Virus record (IMG/VR): IMGVR_UViG_3300032330_000565
Length of the DNA: 64,000 nucleotides
Source: an uncultured virus (IMG/VR IMGVR_UViG_3300032330_000565)
Taxonomy: Duplodnaviria > Heunggongvirae > Uroviricota > Caudoviricetes
Strand: one strand, 5' to 3'
Positions 49,201-55,032 of the stretch are shown here, piece after piece (the stretch's first letter is position 1; every line of letters starts with the position of its first letter). A program made the position numbers and the translations under genes. The notes beneath the pieces are model-generated. The model made no database searches. It was not told where the DNA came from and saw only the letters and a list, made by a program, of their open reading frames with translations.

Positions 49201-51104
49201 GACCATGGGTTTCTGTTAATTGAATTTCTAGCAATTGTAATGTAATCAGGGTCAACTGGAACGTATAAACTTGAGTCATAGTTACCAACATCATATGATG
49301 TAGTATCATAAGGAATATATTCACCTTCAGAGAATGCACCAGGTGATACAAGTGTGGTTACTGGAATCAATTCAATTGCTGTACCTACACCCTCAACATA
49401 GTATTCTACATTATTAAAACTTGCTGGGTATATGTCACCTTGAAATAAAACTTTTAATCCATTTGTAAACACTACACCGTTTGGTGCAGTATAATTCTTT
49501 TTACCTAAGATATCAGTTAAAATATCAATTTGATTCGTAACATTATTTTCAATTAAATTAATAACACCAACTCTACCCGGGATAGTTCCGTCTTGGTAAT
49601 ATAGTCTATCTAAGATAGCACTATTATAAGGCTCAAGTGTTATTACACCAATTGTACTTCTGTAAAAACTTCTGTTTACCCATTCGGTTCCGTAGGTAGC
49701 AGTTATTTTTTGATTGATTGGTATTTGCCCTGAAGGAGTCAATTGAATTTGTGGGTTATCAACTGGACCTAACAATGTTACTGTGTAAAAATTTGCCGCA
49801 ACTTCTGAATAAAATCCACCTTCGTATAAACCTTGATTAATGTTTGCAATCATTGAACCTGAAGCTGTGGTCAACACAATTGGGTCTCCACCTATTGTGT
49901 TGGATATTGTAAAGTCGGTATCATTTAAAATTTCTCTTACATAATATATTTGTCCTGATACTAGACCTCCAATAGTAGGATTGTTAAATGTAATTGATTG
50001 GTCAATTACTAATTGACTGGTGCTATAACTTGAGTTTAAAGTTAACCAATTTAAATTCTCATCATATCCAGGTATATCATAAACATAACCGTATGGAACT
50101 ATTGAATTGGTAGTACTACTAACAATCACTGTGATCGGTGGAATGAATGCTGGATCATTTGCATCATACAAAGTTTGGTCATAAAAAGTAGAAACAAACC
50201 CAACTTCATTAGGCACGCCGGTGTCATAAAACATAACAGTTAACCCGTCAAGCGCAGTTATACCATCAATGCCGCCGATCTCATTCACCAAAGCCCCATT
50301 TATTTCATCAAATGGAGTTGTAGAAATAACATCAACTAAGTTATTGCCCGGATGATAAAAATCATCTAACGCATTCTTTTGGGGTACGCTAAATGTTACT
50401 ACCCCGGTAGTTGCTCCATTGTTTGTAACCCCGTAAACTTCACGAGTATTAACGTTACGCTGTGTCGGGCTTAGTCCAGTTACACCCGGCTCACCTTGAA
50501 TCCAAAATTGAGTTTCTTGGTTTACGCTAAAAGTGTAAACACCACCTCTCAATAATGTTAATGTTGGGTTGGCACTAGGAGTAGGTACTGTTTCGGATGA
50601 AATCAAATATGAACTAGCATCCGGTTGCACAATAAAATTGTCTGCACTATAAACAATATCAGAAGAAATGATTACACGCTCAGGTCCTTCTGGTAACCAA
50701 TAATATTGATTAAAGTTAATTATTGGATCTAAATTAGTAAATGAGTCCCATGAGTAAAACTGACTATTGAATAATCTATTGTTGTCGGCAGTTAATCCAC
50801 CTTCAAGAGTTAACGAATCAACTATACCGGGGTAGCTTATAAAATCTTTAGCAGTAGTATCATTCTCTTTCAAGAAAATAACGCCCGGATCTAATTGATA
50901 ATCGGTTCTTGTCTTTGTTGGTTCGGTAACGTAATAATCTTTAGCGTTAACCCCATACCCAAATTTACTACCAATGTATCCTTGAATCTTTCTAGTATTT
51001 GGTTGTGCTACTAGTTGATCCAATGTAGCCGCTAAAAATTGGCTGTTGGTTGTGGTTTGAAATATTTCTGGTAGAAAATTTAGTGTTCTAATTCTTGTTG
51101 CCAT
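31227..51104 (-). CDS. Giant modular virion protein, 6625 aa (baseplate wedge-associated, many beta-rich repeats and propeller-like regions)
   Basis: Uninterrupted 19.9-kb ORF directly after the gp6-like gene. About 16 copies of (P/I)-x-F-x-G-x2-FGG-x5-YY(V/I)-x8-FTIS; FG-x-S-V-A (FG-GAP-like) repeats; SxDxxTW Asp-box repeats; YLNEVKPFH motif. Confidence 0.8.
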   Translation of the reverse strand: MATRIRTLNFLPEIFQTTTNSQFLAATLDQLVAQPNTRKIQGYIGSKFGYGVNAKDYYVTEPTKTRTDYQLDPGVIFLKENDTTAKDFISYPGIVDSLTLEGGLTADNNRLFNSQFYSWDSFTNLDPIINFNQYYWLPEGPERVIISSDIVYSADNFIVQPDASSYLISSETVPTPSANPTLTLLRGGVYTFSVNQETQFWIQGEPGVTGLSPTQRNVNTREVYGVTNNGATTGVVTFSVPQKNALDDFYHPGNNLVDVISTTPFDEINGALVNEIGGIDGITALDGLTVMFYDTGVPNEVGFVSTFYDQTLYDANDPAFIPPITVIVSSTTNSIVPYGYVYDIPGYDENLNWLTLNSSYSTSQLVIDQSITFNNPTIGGLVSGQIYYVREILNDTDFTISNTIGGDPIVLTTASGSMIANINQGLYEGGFYSEVAANFYTVTLLGPVDNPQIQLTPSGQIPINQKITATYGTEWVNRSFYRSTIGVITLEPYNSAILDRLYYQDGTIPGRVGVINLIENNVTNQIDILTDILGKKNYTAPNGVVFTNGLKVLFQGDIYPASFNNVEYYVEGVGTAIELIPVTTLVSPGAFSEGEYIPYDTTSYDVGNYDSSLYVPVDPDYITIARNSINRNPWSRSNRWFHIDVINATAAYNNTPALITQYTQLENKAKRPIIEFYPNLRMFNSGAVGKNPIDFIDTKTTDAFSEVAGTTNFYPDTAGWTNYTATIAPVTGPNTSITAIQTIGLTNLVSLSSTTGLYVNDTISFGTTFGGITSGTTYYITNISGNYITISETKQGSTLVLTTSSITSVTTSIYSYSTTITVATSDVFGLFEIGQYITDSTDLLPAITFVTDVGVSGTDTIITVSWYNQSIIAATSVASVVTADTPLDNYSLFDGSRVVFSADNDVNVKNKIYISRFSTITPGSTPIITLTEADDGLVLPDEQTAVYRGYNYKGKDFYYNGESWFEGQQKTQLQQAPKFDIFDSNGISFGDRVVYVGTSFAGSTLFSYGIGTGANDTVLGFPVRYSSVDNVGDISFDVSLNSDTFTYVNGTTAVTQKVNTGYVYNYTLASDNNPLAIRQLGWQTAVSPSVQYQVFEFDWSLINNSNNTFECDIAPIVTAPTQWPLVQVYINNKYLPNTDWTVTAASTDTTTVINIPTIDAIETVVQILILSDQVSKTAYFQTPINLNNNPLNETLTTANIGDIRGQYQSIFYNNPDTSGQVFGPNNFRDLGNLVPWGNRIIQNSASLVLPGTFLRNQSHNLFNSLLYNSKQYITFKTLLVDTVNNSDYSRLLTPATMLDNALDQINASHIDSQPFFWSDMLPSKAPYITNTYSFANTLDISVYPLSHIYNFETANYNGVLVYLIRDGVQTQLVKGIDYNVSTDSPSLTVTTDLQANDQIVINEYNQTYGSYVPNTPTKLGLYPATTPSVVLDTAYNPETYFIVGHDGSFNKLYGDYNTTTGALSDFRDQVLLEYETRVYNNLKLSTTVPAGSYQGLIIPGFFRQTDYTYDEFLQIYSESFLNWVGQNRIDYKTQFYNSTSQFTYNYRDSGNKIDKQPIEQGYFRGLYLYFYDTSTPNETPWEMLGLPNQPSWWTTRYGPAPYTSDNLVLWGDLAAGLVWNNGDSFIKPSYARPGLLSIIPVDSNGDLFPPLESVVGNYDRFLFQRDWQVGDVGPAEFSYRRSSTWPFDLMRILAVTKPTDFFNLGVDVDNYKYNAEFNQYLVNDRSHLVIGDVPIYGLGTPATSYINWIVDYEKQVGVDATTNIITLLDNLDVRLVYRVAGFSDKNLLKFYVEKSSANSNNSSLLIPDESYGLILYENQPFDRIVYSGVVIQITDNGFKVYGNNQINAYFKILTPKFGGTKQQIKVEGLTVEVTDNFYETVQTIPYGTEFYNVEQVSQFLISYGEYLRSQGMVYEEIENGIPINWTQMVAEFLYWSQIGWEVGSITTINPSANLLLIDKESRIVQPLTMQQSNFVLNQDLYPIPINDLKIVRQGTAFSAKPLNVGDAISYGQFNISNIENGIVFDNVTLFNDVVYNLVTGLRQYRISVSGTKTADWTGNIDAAGFILNQDNIVEWNKEIKYTAGSIVKYKNKYWSALKIIQASPVFNERDWKETSYNEIQKGLLPNSQTRSYESTLYYDVNKANLENDSDLLSFSLIGYRPRDYLALVDLTDITQVNVYQNLIKDKGTLNAASAFKGANLPQGGIDYDVYENWAIKSGEFGGTLNNNFIEFRLSQPDLTGNPSIVGLTNGLYTDGVQQEVPLYSVFNYGTPITSPDILPTISTAQPSTLYPTAGYVNYNDVKMASYYYSGLYTAKNSAGTTIPINEFYVRDYVWLANYLSTWQVYTPNSLGSVINAKNNLNNTVTITFSQPHNLARYQPFAIVNFDISINNYYIVAAVVDEFNVIINLALNPQIKNVTGQGIGFSLQSQRVATAPEIINLPLLDNEFNKLKVWVDTNNNGDWAVYRKSLNYQYDKEITHSLSQTFGSAVAYTNALAYLIGDSDAGKVYRYRYDELSDSYNISQTITHNASFGSNISYSDDLFVISEPTGNVYVYQLLTTTLTNALNLYQTIPAPGGVTTWGTSTAISGDKNWLYISAIDNNTVYVYRKMNVSMIATAFTVGNTYVIESLGTTNWNTVAGTSGETYVVGDTIIAASVGTGTGTALNVTFIKVDTLTTSGLTSGDNFGYSIATDYYGDSVIVGTPQQDYDVNTQNYGYTYVFARTVQNFEAQSTSQAYIPLTFALAWSPTTGTASSASTSGTTITLDGAGITNLADYVNYPVIFSGTLISGGAINQNTVYYIKTVTSDTQFSISATRGGTVISLATDTGTGMIVTVQETPLFVTINGAPLTDDYYAVIGSTFYVYSKAISTVNAGDIINVSGINFVLAQTLTNEETPRVGVQFGLSVDTNIFANEILIGAPFELSEQNYEGAVHRYTNGGERYGVIIGTVDCNITTPRTILLNGYKAVLPVGNATTVAASINLLSLTNIQASAVDGKLIIALVNVELGVAGNKLSLTVLDTATLGEMGVTLFKQTQKVNCPHLTGRTQFGTVVKFDNSGSFVASAPVGTRFSATTFDFTDDELDNDTVFDNNATKWLDTFINAGAVYMFDYLSTYNESLNNPGKFVYAQSTNAQDLDYGSQPYYGTALDFNDNRVTIGTPNFNPISDTTDTLGQVVTYVSASSEPDWAVYRSSSEVVDINGVFNIQLFSANTNETLVNLDYIDPLQGKLLGAVTENIDVVSNNDPASYNSPGFTQSGLVWGADKVGQIWFDTSNVRFMNYHQNDVNYNSQYWGRVFPGSDVAVYSWIGSPVPPAQYTGPGLPYSINNYTIRGIINAEGLITPVYYFWARNTNVVFERLGKTLADSTLQSYIAQPQLTGISYFTPLLPNVFGLYNCFEYINATDTVLHIGYSVTTNDDVAHNQYSLIRANYADDFLSGVPGSGALYQNHASAGITEPIGLYNRMLDSMCGVDNAGGVVPDPLLPKAVQTGVLARPRQGFFYNRFGALKNYLQYANVILAQFPIIETRNPQFLYRTGEFFDTRNYWNTINWWAPGYNDNTKSSLQVPIYADLSTLDVPVGTIVTVAANSSGNSETYIYEGGSVWLRIGLENGTIEFSSTLWDYAEANLGFGDNFFDTNLYDEYPSTETRYIVRALNEEIYTNELLVFRNKSLILLFEYIQSETIESQNYLTWLNKTSFLDVSHTIRELLPLEVFRSDNQLFLEGYLNEVKPFHVVIKEFIFKYTRTEIFEGDITDFDLPAQYDATITQFVTPQLVYANASGDNQFLPTDPIWQTAPYSQWYENYGLSISGQDGYQISVLASYMSLNSTSCFVDNVNGFPVSGTLLIGEEYLSYSNRDLATGELTGLSRGIHGTAVSIHIPGEDIFIDLPAVLVLNEGRGYVNPPRVTAYIDTLIYPAPRVPAQLEPIMSLGIVTGVTVLNPGEGYAVLPQIIIDPAFTVLVDSAQVNTVSNTIGISSPTLQTGDLVVYTVAAGGTEIVGLVPGQRYYVNLLEIAPSPIFALYGSYLNALRDHNRIVLGTQGSGSQYFSVGAIGSCVTSSIPVRENSIALRFDRTTYDSQVTPWTPGNFYGSFYAGTINNSAEISSSSITLESTSPPISQILSSAHGVSFEILNAENQQTLTWSSRTRSTVQTYGPATLYPNAIRINPSLGGVTVDSYIGSTIGFYIGMPIKFVGSTIGTTLTDGVTYYVKSLVKLPNIDTNVLEDTGFTVSETVDVNGNPGTVLAQNTATIVTAGLTLYVGQLTNLAVLTINYDGIRTVTATTSGTNQVTVQLTLTGQDGTTGLYLGAPIFFTGTVFGGIVENEIYYVITIIDNQTFTMSLNNDPTTFEVTATSSSNNSITCDSTAGLNVNDPIIFTGTTFGNIVAGTTYYVREIFSGNTSFSIATTVNGAAVILTDDTGSCTLTSQADALVLTTASGSMTMNIGLPVSPGQINGQEVTFYETSTQYSNVSGTVTNLLTREIQATLENVGRICLSSTGIGLTNIYDNLEFNVESDIGGLTVAGGPYTVTGTGVTEIVVTSTTSTGNWLILPISENPDTTDVLYVGMPLRFGGTSLGGISLGEVYYVYEIDTPGISSGKFKISSDVNLGSLVSVTNSNGSMTGSGDPYIEIVDALTDSVQTASITTASPAVVTVSNGDAYVDGTAIRFDTTGSLPVPLSSEVTYYVKNSSGGVNGTFNIAYSPTGVDINTTIAGSGAYIVHQEPVTLTQETGSDPVFDASYILGGYRATIISNGSGYAVDNVITILGTDVGGTTPVNDLQLTVLTINSTGGVTSAIASGTPAGVVDQYYLKVLSETQVGVYSNPNLTVPVSGQNFPYVGVTSTAATTTNSGNDRVTVTSSTAFDINDPVVFTGTVFGNIVLGATYYIASKPTTTTVTISETMGGSTFQLATSSGNSMTMARSGDYVFLPEPFYFNPSIVKYNNRLYQCVISNNDPEFIFGKWELLTSGDKKLNALDRIIGYYQPTINMPGVDLTQLVTGITYPNSTYLGNAFAPADEYALDTVLQDQQFYPTGVDLKAVVWNGLVYIAGSDASTYSAFNVSADATTWSINKLANQSLFITDLLYAGGSYVITTNNNATPILVSDNGYTWISNGTFTPFDGIPYDMGNFDVSSVLVPSLSLNSVTYHNGVYVAVGENIVTSTDLYSWTERYAFTNGLTNVFNGVSYVSTPGYTGYIAVGFGQELITGIAIDFAIIYTSPDAYTWTQVTFNGTSLGFNSIASNSQTIVAVGDDGIIYTSFNTINWFPQSSTVANTLTNVIWDSYNNKFVAVGHNGVILTGTSDGITWTQQTSGVTSILESTVWNNDAEQYVVVGRNNAILTSPDAITWTISATFETTPSIYTVQGDAFTSGYGPEELVPGVVSDTITMTVATRPGTDWDETVYQHVGYNVVSIEITPTDASQVLYDFYNVVTTPAQLAVFVIDYTTGLSTSIYEGLDYTIDWVNKVIELNTPITYISPGTADTLRIDVYEVGNGDQLVKANTETDPIRTNETTGFNEIYVNANYSESIYQGSGIIRPDTSPIYVVAVKTDSITNAITCDAVDSFTLNSPISFSGSVFGGIVEDQVYYVKTIGAASNRITISETYNLSTGTAGETFLLTSATGSMEVIIQVGTGLPWTPPAVYHNGNLLVLGATALVIKTKASNNAVTTVSTGGLIVDSPIVFSDTMFGDVIVPQQVYYIKQILDGNEFTISETQGGSVLTLTDASGGATFVTNDYAIGLADNGITAALIFASQYNTTDDYLTYTLMGQTVPIQYGYTIPQVELFTGDNVGTASFALSNYVGEDNPTNAIVEINGVRQTESAYNISSLTNTILFYTPPADGDVIAVTTYNQTARQYLNTQYGITGSSGSQLTTVTVGSTTHDVSTFDQDTPTVNTFDEDTPSIIAYDQELNYLTLASGTTGNLTVNSPIIFSSPTVGGIVAGQIYYITEILNSSDFTISTTVGGLPTVVTTDTGSMNGVVNGLTVANIVAINNNITPPALTLPISGTQVTTNYVLCGDTAGLVATQNIIFKSPVFAANGLVNTNIYQIITLGDTDWNAIGASATPYVGEIFTATGAGTGTGTAILANVGGIQTTGQVYFVETIAGPNEFTIMDQFGNQITLTNSSESLISYMGGTPAVRVTTGIDNNLVEDDIVRIGGLVGSTQLNNNTYYVHVITNTIFDLYTQPFNPALNAVNYPVTSISAYVSGGYVWIDELFTIVDTLATSTTAVGNRITVTDTNVLVPNTPVIFTQLGVAAGTDLMGGILAKTQYYVYVVRPEIAAGNFIVGNEYEITILGTTDWNVAAGTVSVTYAVGDTFIADASGSGTGFATGLQEFTITENRYPDQAEVVLVNDTGSINVTEFEQVNVDRLWVTVNGRRVPSSKLKLNEFNNLSILTTVETGDQIIITSMMPTATPNEEVYLLNVNTSNEAAVYRANIQTRTWLTEPLKYTDDIIYLNDVHRVTDSVVQDVTCPAAVDGKYNIGLSSDKNTICHLVVYNATTSVTVNPANFKIIIVDTAPILQIYSQVAEGNELVITSVVGRLIYLNGEQIGFGECNLENNSISLLSRGANGTGVQNYIPVYTEVFGIIPSNRMSDVLYASEWNPIPGVYNTVEGDPLQIAYTAGADFLRTDRN

Positions 51105-51132
51105 TTGTAAAAATCTCTATGCTATATACTAC

Positions 51133-54100
51133 TTATGCTATCTGTAATTCGGCGGGTGTAAGGGCTGCTATTACGAGTACGTCATTTGATGTTGCTGCGT
51201 TAACAAATATTTCGTATGGCAAACATTTAATTTCATATAAATCTCCAAAGTGTAGTGAGGGGTCGTTAGGAACTAACACACAAGAACTGACAAGTTCGCC
51301 TATTTGATTGTGAATATAAGCACTCAATTCACTGAAATAAAACGTATCACCAAAATTCCAGTTGTTAATACTGAAATAATTATTCATTTCTGTTAATACT
51401 GCACTACGAATCTCGCTATCACTTGCATTAGTGCTACTATTTTTAATAACTTTAATAGTTCCTCTTAGTGCAGATGCAGCTTTAGGTCCAAACAATGGTT
51501 TAAACACCACGCTGTTTAAAATAGCACTATCAGTTAACATTTTGTAATCCTGTATTTGACCATATTGATTACTTAATTCGCTAATAGTTGGTCTTGCTGG
51601 CATAGGTACTGTATCAGTTGTATCTTGTATCCAATTTTGATACTGAGTATAATATGCTTGTGTAACTACATATAAATCAATAATGTTCGTTGTTGCTGGG
51701 TCAATACGTGTTGTGTTATTACTGTTGTGACGATATTGGAATTGTAATCCTTGACGCCCTGGCTTCATACTATATTGCAGTTGCTCAACTAAAGTAAAGT
51801 AAGGAGTTATTATTGTAGGATCTTGCACCGTAATATAAAATTTATTTTCTGAATATGCATAGAACAATTGTCCAACAGGATATTCATACTTGACAACTTC
51901 AATTTGTGTTTTTGTAGGGTATTGATAAGATAAACTAGATGAAGATATCAATTCTTCTCTTGTCAAATTAATAGCATCTTGAATTTGTTCAAAGAAAGCA
52001 TATATTCCAATGTTAGTGCTACCAGTAACATAACCAGTAATTTCATTAAAGAAGTCAGGATTTTCAATGATTGTTCTATCATTTACATCAATACTAGCAA
52101 CTTCAACTTCAAAATCATTAATATAACCGTCACTTTCAACTGTTTGCCCAATTATGCTAGCGGTTACTGGTTCACTTAACGCATAGTTAGAATTAGGCTG
52201 TGTATTTGTAACTAATACTTTTACAAAATCTTGTAGAATTAAACCAGAGAACGGATCATAAACTAACTTACCTGCATCATAAGTGAATCTAGTGTCTGCT
52301 ACGCTACCAAAATAATAAGCCAATGAACGATAAGTTACAGTGTATCTATTGTATCCAATACTTTCAAAGTTAACAAAATAGTTACTTGCATTGTATATGT
52401 CAACACTCCAACGAGTTTGAGCAATAGTCAATGAGTTATTAAAAACCAATGAGAAGTTTTGTTGTAAATCCAATCTGACAATACATTCTTGTATAACACT
52501 ATTAGGCAATGTGTTACTGAATGAAGGTAGAACTGTAGTCAAAATAGCAGAAGCAGGGACATACCCATTAAGTGTTATAGGCCCTGTACCATTTGCAAAT
52601 TGACCTAATCCGTTATTATATCCATCACCAACTACAGATAATACTGTAGTCCAAATGTATGTTATATCTGATGGGCCTGCGATGCCACTTACTAATCTAT
52701 TGTTAGCATCAAAATAATATCCGTTTGGTGCTACAAATTTAAGCAATGCACCTTTGGTTATATATTTTGCATTGTATGTAGAATATGTTCCAGTCGGGAT
52801 AGGAGTATCTGCCCCATTAGTAATATTGTAAAAATATCCCGTTAAACTATTTGCATCCACTGAACTGGTTTGCCAGTATAATGTACCATCACCCGATGCA
52901 GTATTAATTGAGTATCTAGTATAATTTTGTGTGTAATATTGTAAGGAACGATTATCTGCTAGAATAGCAGCTAATGTACCTGTTAAGAAGGTAATGATAT
53001 CACCGGTGCTGTTTATAGTTAGTGTTGAAAACCCATTGGTGTTATCTAACCAAACTCCACCGTCGTTTGCATAGCTATTAGTGCTACTATATTTTCCAGT
53101 AGGGTCTAACAAATCTAAATTCTTACTCACCCCCACGCTGCTACGATTGATAGCCTTTGATTTAATAATTGAACTGTATAATGTATACGGGAAGTTGGTA
53201 TAATCTTCCCCGTTAACCATACGATTTTGTGTATAGTAACGACTTGGAGCACGTTGTTTGATTGATGCAAGGCTTTCACGAACTTGTGCATTTGACACAG
53301 GAACTTGCAATGATAAGCCTACAGTTAATGTTTCAATTCTTCCAACTCTGCTTACATAATTAATTGCAACTGATATACCTTGCATTTCAGTTGGTTGAAT
53401 TGTATATGTCAACGCATTACCGGCACGTACATATGATCTAAAAGTTCCAACTGGTATCTCACTGAAAACACCGTCACCAAATATATAACTTACTTGGTCA
53501 TTAAATCTACTGTTCACAGAAAAAATTTGTTTAACTGAATTTTCAGTTTGTAAATAAGCGTCAGCATAAATGTTGTCAACTTTTTTCCATAATCCGTATG
53601 AGCCATTAGCTTGGCTAATTTGATATAACCAAGTATCAGTATTATTAATACCTTGAATATCAATATCAATTACTTGGTTAGAGATTTGATTCTGTAACAC
53701 AAAATCAAAATTTGTTAGTGTACCTTGTTTGAAGTAAAAGAAGAAACCTGTATTTGGACTACCATAACCTAATTTATCATTACGGTATAGCATATTGAAT
53801 TTATTAGTTGGGGCAGGTGGCAATTCATAAACATAATCTTCACCAACGGTACTTACACTACATAACTCAAAATTCATATTCAAACCATTAACTATAGAAG
53901 ATAAAGGTACAACTGGTAATGTTCCTGCTGGAATCTGTAGTGTATATTCGTCAGTTTTTACACCAAGAATCTGTGCTGTATTTGCAGGTAAACCAACACG
54001 TTGAGTGTTTACTAATGCAGCATTAATAATGGTATTATATTGTTCTAACCAGTTTGGGTTAGCAGGGTCATTCCATAATACAGGAACATTTCCCAAATTA

Positions 54101-54504
54101 AACCCGTTCAAGTCTGTAATATTTTGAGTAGTACGAACACTTGTTACTTTTAAATAGCCCTGTCCTGCTAAATTACGTTTAGGAGTATAGCTTACAAGAT
54201 TAGCTAATTTGATAACACTATCTCTACGTTCAGCAGTATCAATAAAGTTTTCACGGGTATTCAAATCGTTGCGGAAAGCAAGACCTTGTCCCATAAACGC
54301 CATAACGTCTAGTAGGGCAATAAACTCACTAGATTCAATGTAATCATTAAATGTTTCCGGGTAGTATGCACGTAAGTAATCTATGAAACTCTTACGCAAG
54401 GTTTCATAATCGTAGCTTCTAAAATCGGCTTGATTGAAAGTTTGATAGATTGCTTTCCAATCGTTTACGCCAAATAATGCTGATTGTCTTGAACTTGTAG
54501 CCAT
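51133..54504 (-). CDS. Baseplate wedge subunit, T4 gp6-like, 1123 aa
   Basis: DYETLRKSFIDYL...SSEFIALLD...NTRENFIDTAERRDSV.KLA..VSYTPKR; FGDGVF; ES..SIK.RAP..Y.TQNRMV..EDY. Confidence 0.85.
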   Translation of the reverse strand: MATSSRQSALFGVNDWKAIYQTFNQADFRSYDYETLRKSFIDYLRAYYPETFNDYIESSEFIALLDVMAFMGQGLAFRNDLNTRENFIDTAERRDSVIKLANLVSYTPKRNLAGQGYLKVTSVRTTQNITDLNGFNLGNVPVLWNDPANPNWLEQYNTIINAALVNTQRVGLPANTAQILGVKTDEYTLQIPAGTLPVVPLSSIVNGLNMNFELCSVSTVGEDYVYELPPAPTNKFNMLYRNDKLGYGSPNTGFFFYFKQGTLTNFDFVLQNQISNQVIDIDIQGINNTDTWLYQISQANGSYGLWKKVDNIYADAYLQTENSVKQIFSVNSRFNDQVSYIFGDGVFSEIPVGTFRSYVRAGNALTYTIQPTEMQGISVAINYVSRVGRIETLTVGLSLQVPVSNAQVRESLASIKQRAPSRYYTQNRMVNGEDYTNFPYTLYSSIIKSKAINRSSVGVSKNLDLLDPTGKYSSTNSYANDGGVWLDNTNGFSTLTINSTGDIITFLTGTLAAILADNRSLQYYTQNYTRYSINTASGDGTLYWQTSSVDANSLTGYFYNITNGADTPIPTGTYSTYNAKYITKGALLKFVAPNGYYFDANNRLVSGIAGPSDITYIWTTVLSVVGDGYNNGLGQFANGTGPITLNGYVPASAILTTVLPSFSNTLPNSVIQECIVRLDLQQNFSLVFNNSLTIAQTRWSVDIYNASNYFVNFESIGYNRYTVTYRSLAYYFGSVADTRFTYDAGKLVYDPFSGLILQDFVKVLVTNTQPNSNYALSEPVTASIIGQTVESDGYINDFEVEVASIDVNDRTIIENPDFFNEITGYVTGSTNIGIYAFFEQIQDAINLTREELISSSSLSYQYPTKTQIEVVKYEYPVGQLFYAYSENKFYITVQDPTIITPYFTLVEQLQYSMKPGRQGLQFQYRHNSNNTTRIDPATTNIIDLYVVTQAYYTQYQNWIQDTTDTVPMPARPTISELSNQYGQIQDYKMLTDSAILNSVVFKPLFGPKAASALRGTIKVIKNSSTNASDSEIRSAVLTEMNNYFSINNWNFGDTFYFSELSAYIHNQIGELVSSCVLVPNDPSLHFGDLYEIKCLPYEIFVNAATSNDVLVIAALTPAELQIA

Positions 54505-54521
54505 AGTTATTCTCTTTTAAG

Positions 54522-54529
54522 TATTTATC
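54522..54529 (-). promoter_or_regulatory. Late-promoter-like GATAAATA; related motifs at 30432-30439, 31219-31226 and 55023-55030
   Basis: A TAAATA core recurs in short intergenic gaps upstream of structural genes and resembles the T4 late consensus TATAAATA. Confidence 0.6.
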
Positions 54530-54556
54530 ATACTTGAAAACCTGGGTTTTTAAGGG

Positions 54557-55006
54557 TTATTGCAAAACTGCTTGATTCGTCGAGCTGTTAAAGAACACGC
54601 TTAACAAATTTGCTTGATTGAAGGGTGATATTGCTAATTCAACTTCTAATAATATGCCGTTTTCCTGAGGATAAGCACGAACTGTATTTATAATTAGTCT
54701 TGGATCTTGGTTGGCTACCCTACGTATTTCGTTTTCTAACTGAAATTGTACATCTGCTGTATTGGGTTCAAAGACGAAACTCCAAAGTGTAGTCCCATAG
54801 CTAGGGTTTCCTACTTTTGTCCCTTGGCGTATATTCAATGCGTTAACAAAGTCTTGTATAACTAGTGGGGTATCAACTAATCCAAATTGATTTCCTATAT
54901 TATAGGGTGACACCATAGAACCTGTTCCCCCGGCCGGGCCCGTAGCCAAGTTAGTTGAACGAGGTTTCCCAGAGTTTACAGTACTAAATCCAATATATGA
55001 GGGCAT
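54557..55006 (-). CDS. Baseplate wedge subunit, gp25/GpW-like, 149 aa
   Basis: LNIRQGTKVGNPSYGTTLWSFVFEP...EIRRVANQDPRL. Confidence 0.85.
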   Translation of the reverse strand: MPSYIGFSTVNSGKPRSTNLATGPAGGTGSMVSPYNIGNQFGLVDTPLVIQDFVNALNIRQGTKVGNPSYGTTLWSFVFEPNTADVQFQLENEIRRVANQDPRLIINTVRAYPQENGILLEVELAISPFNQANLLSVFFNSSTNQAVLQ

Positions 55007-55032
55007 ATTTTATCCTATAACTTATTTATTAT

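Noticed and set aside
29161..51104. Diversity-generating retroelement target, intein or intron in the fibre and giant genes
   Set aside because: No reverse transcriptase, no adenine-specific TR/VR pair, and no intein or homing-endonuclease motifs were noticed in this window; elements outside the window cannot be excluded.
54537..54550. Rho-independent terminator
   Set aside because: The AAAACC/GGTTTT stem is weak, has a 2-nt loop and lacks a separate U tract.
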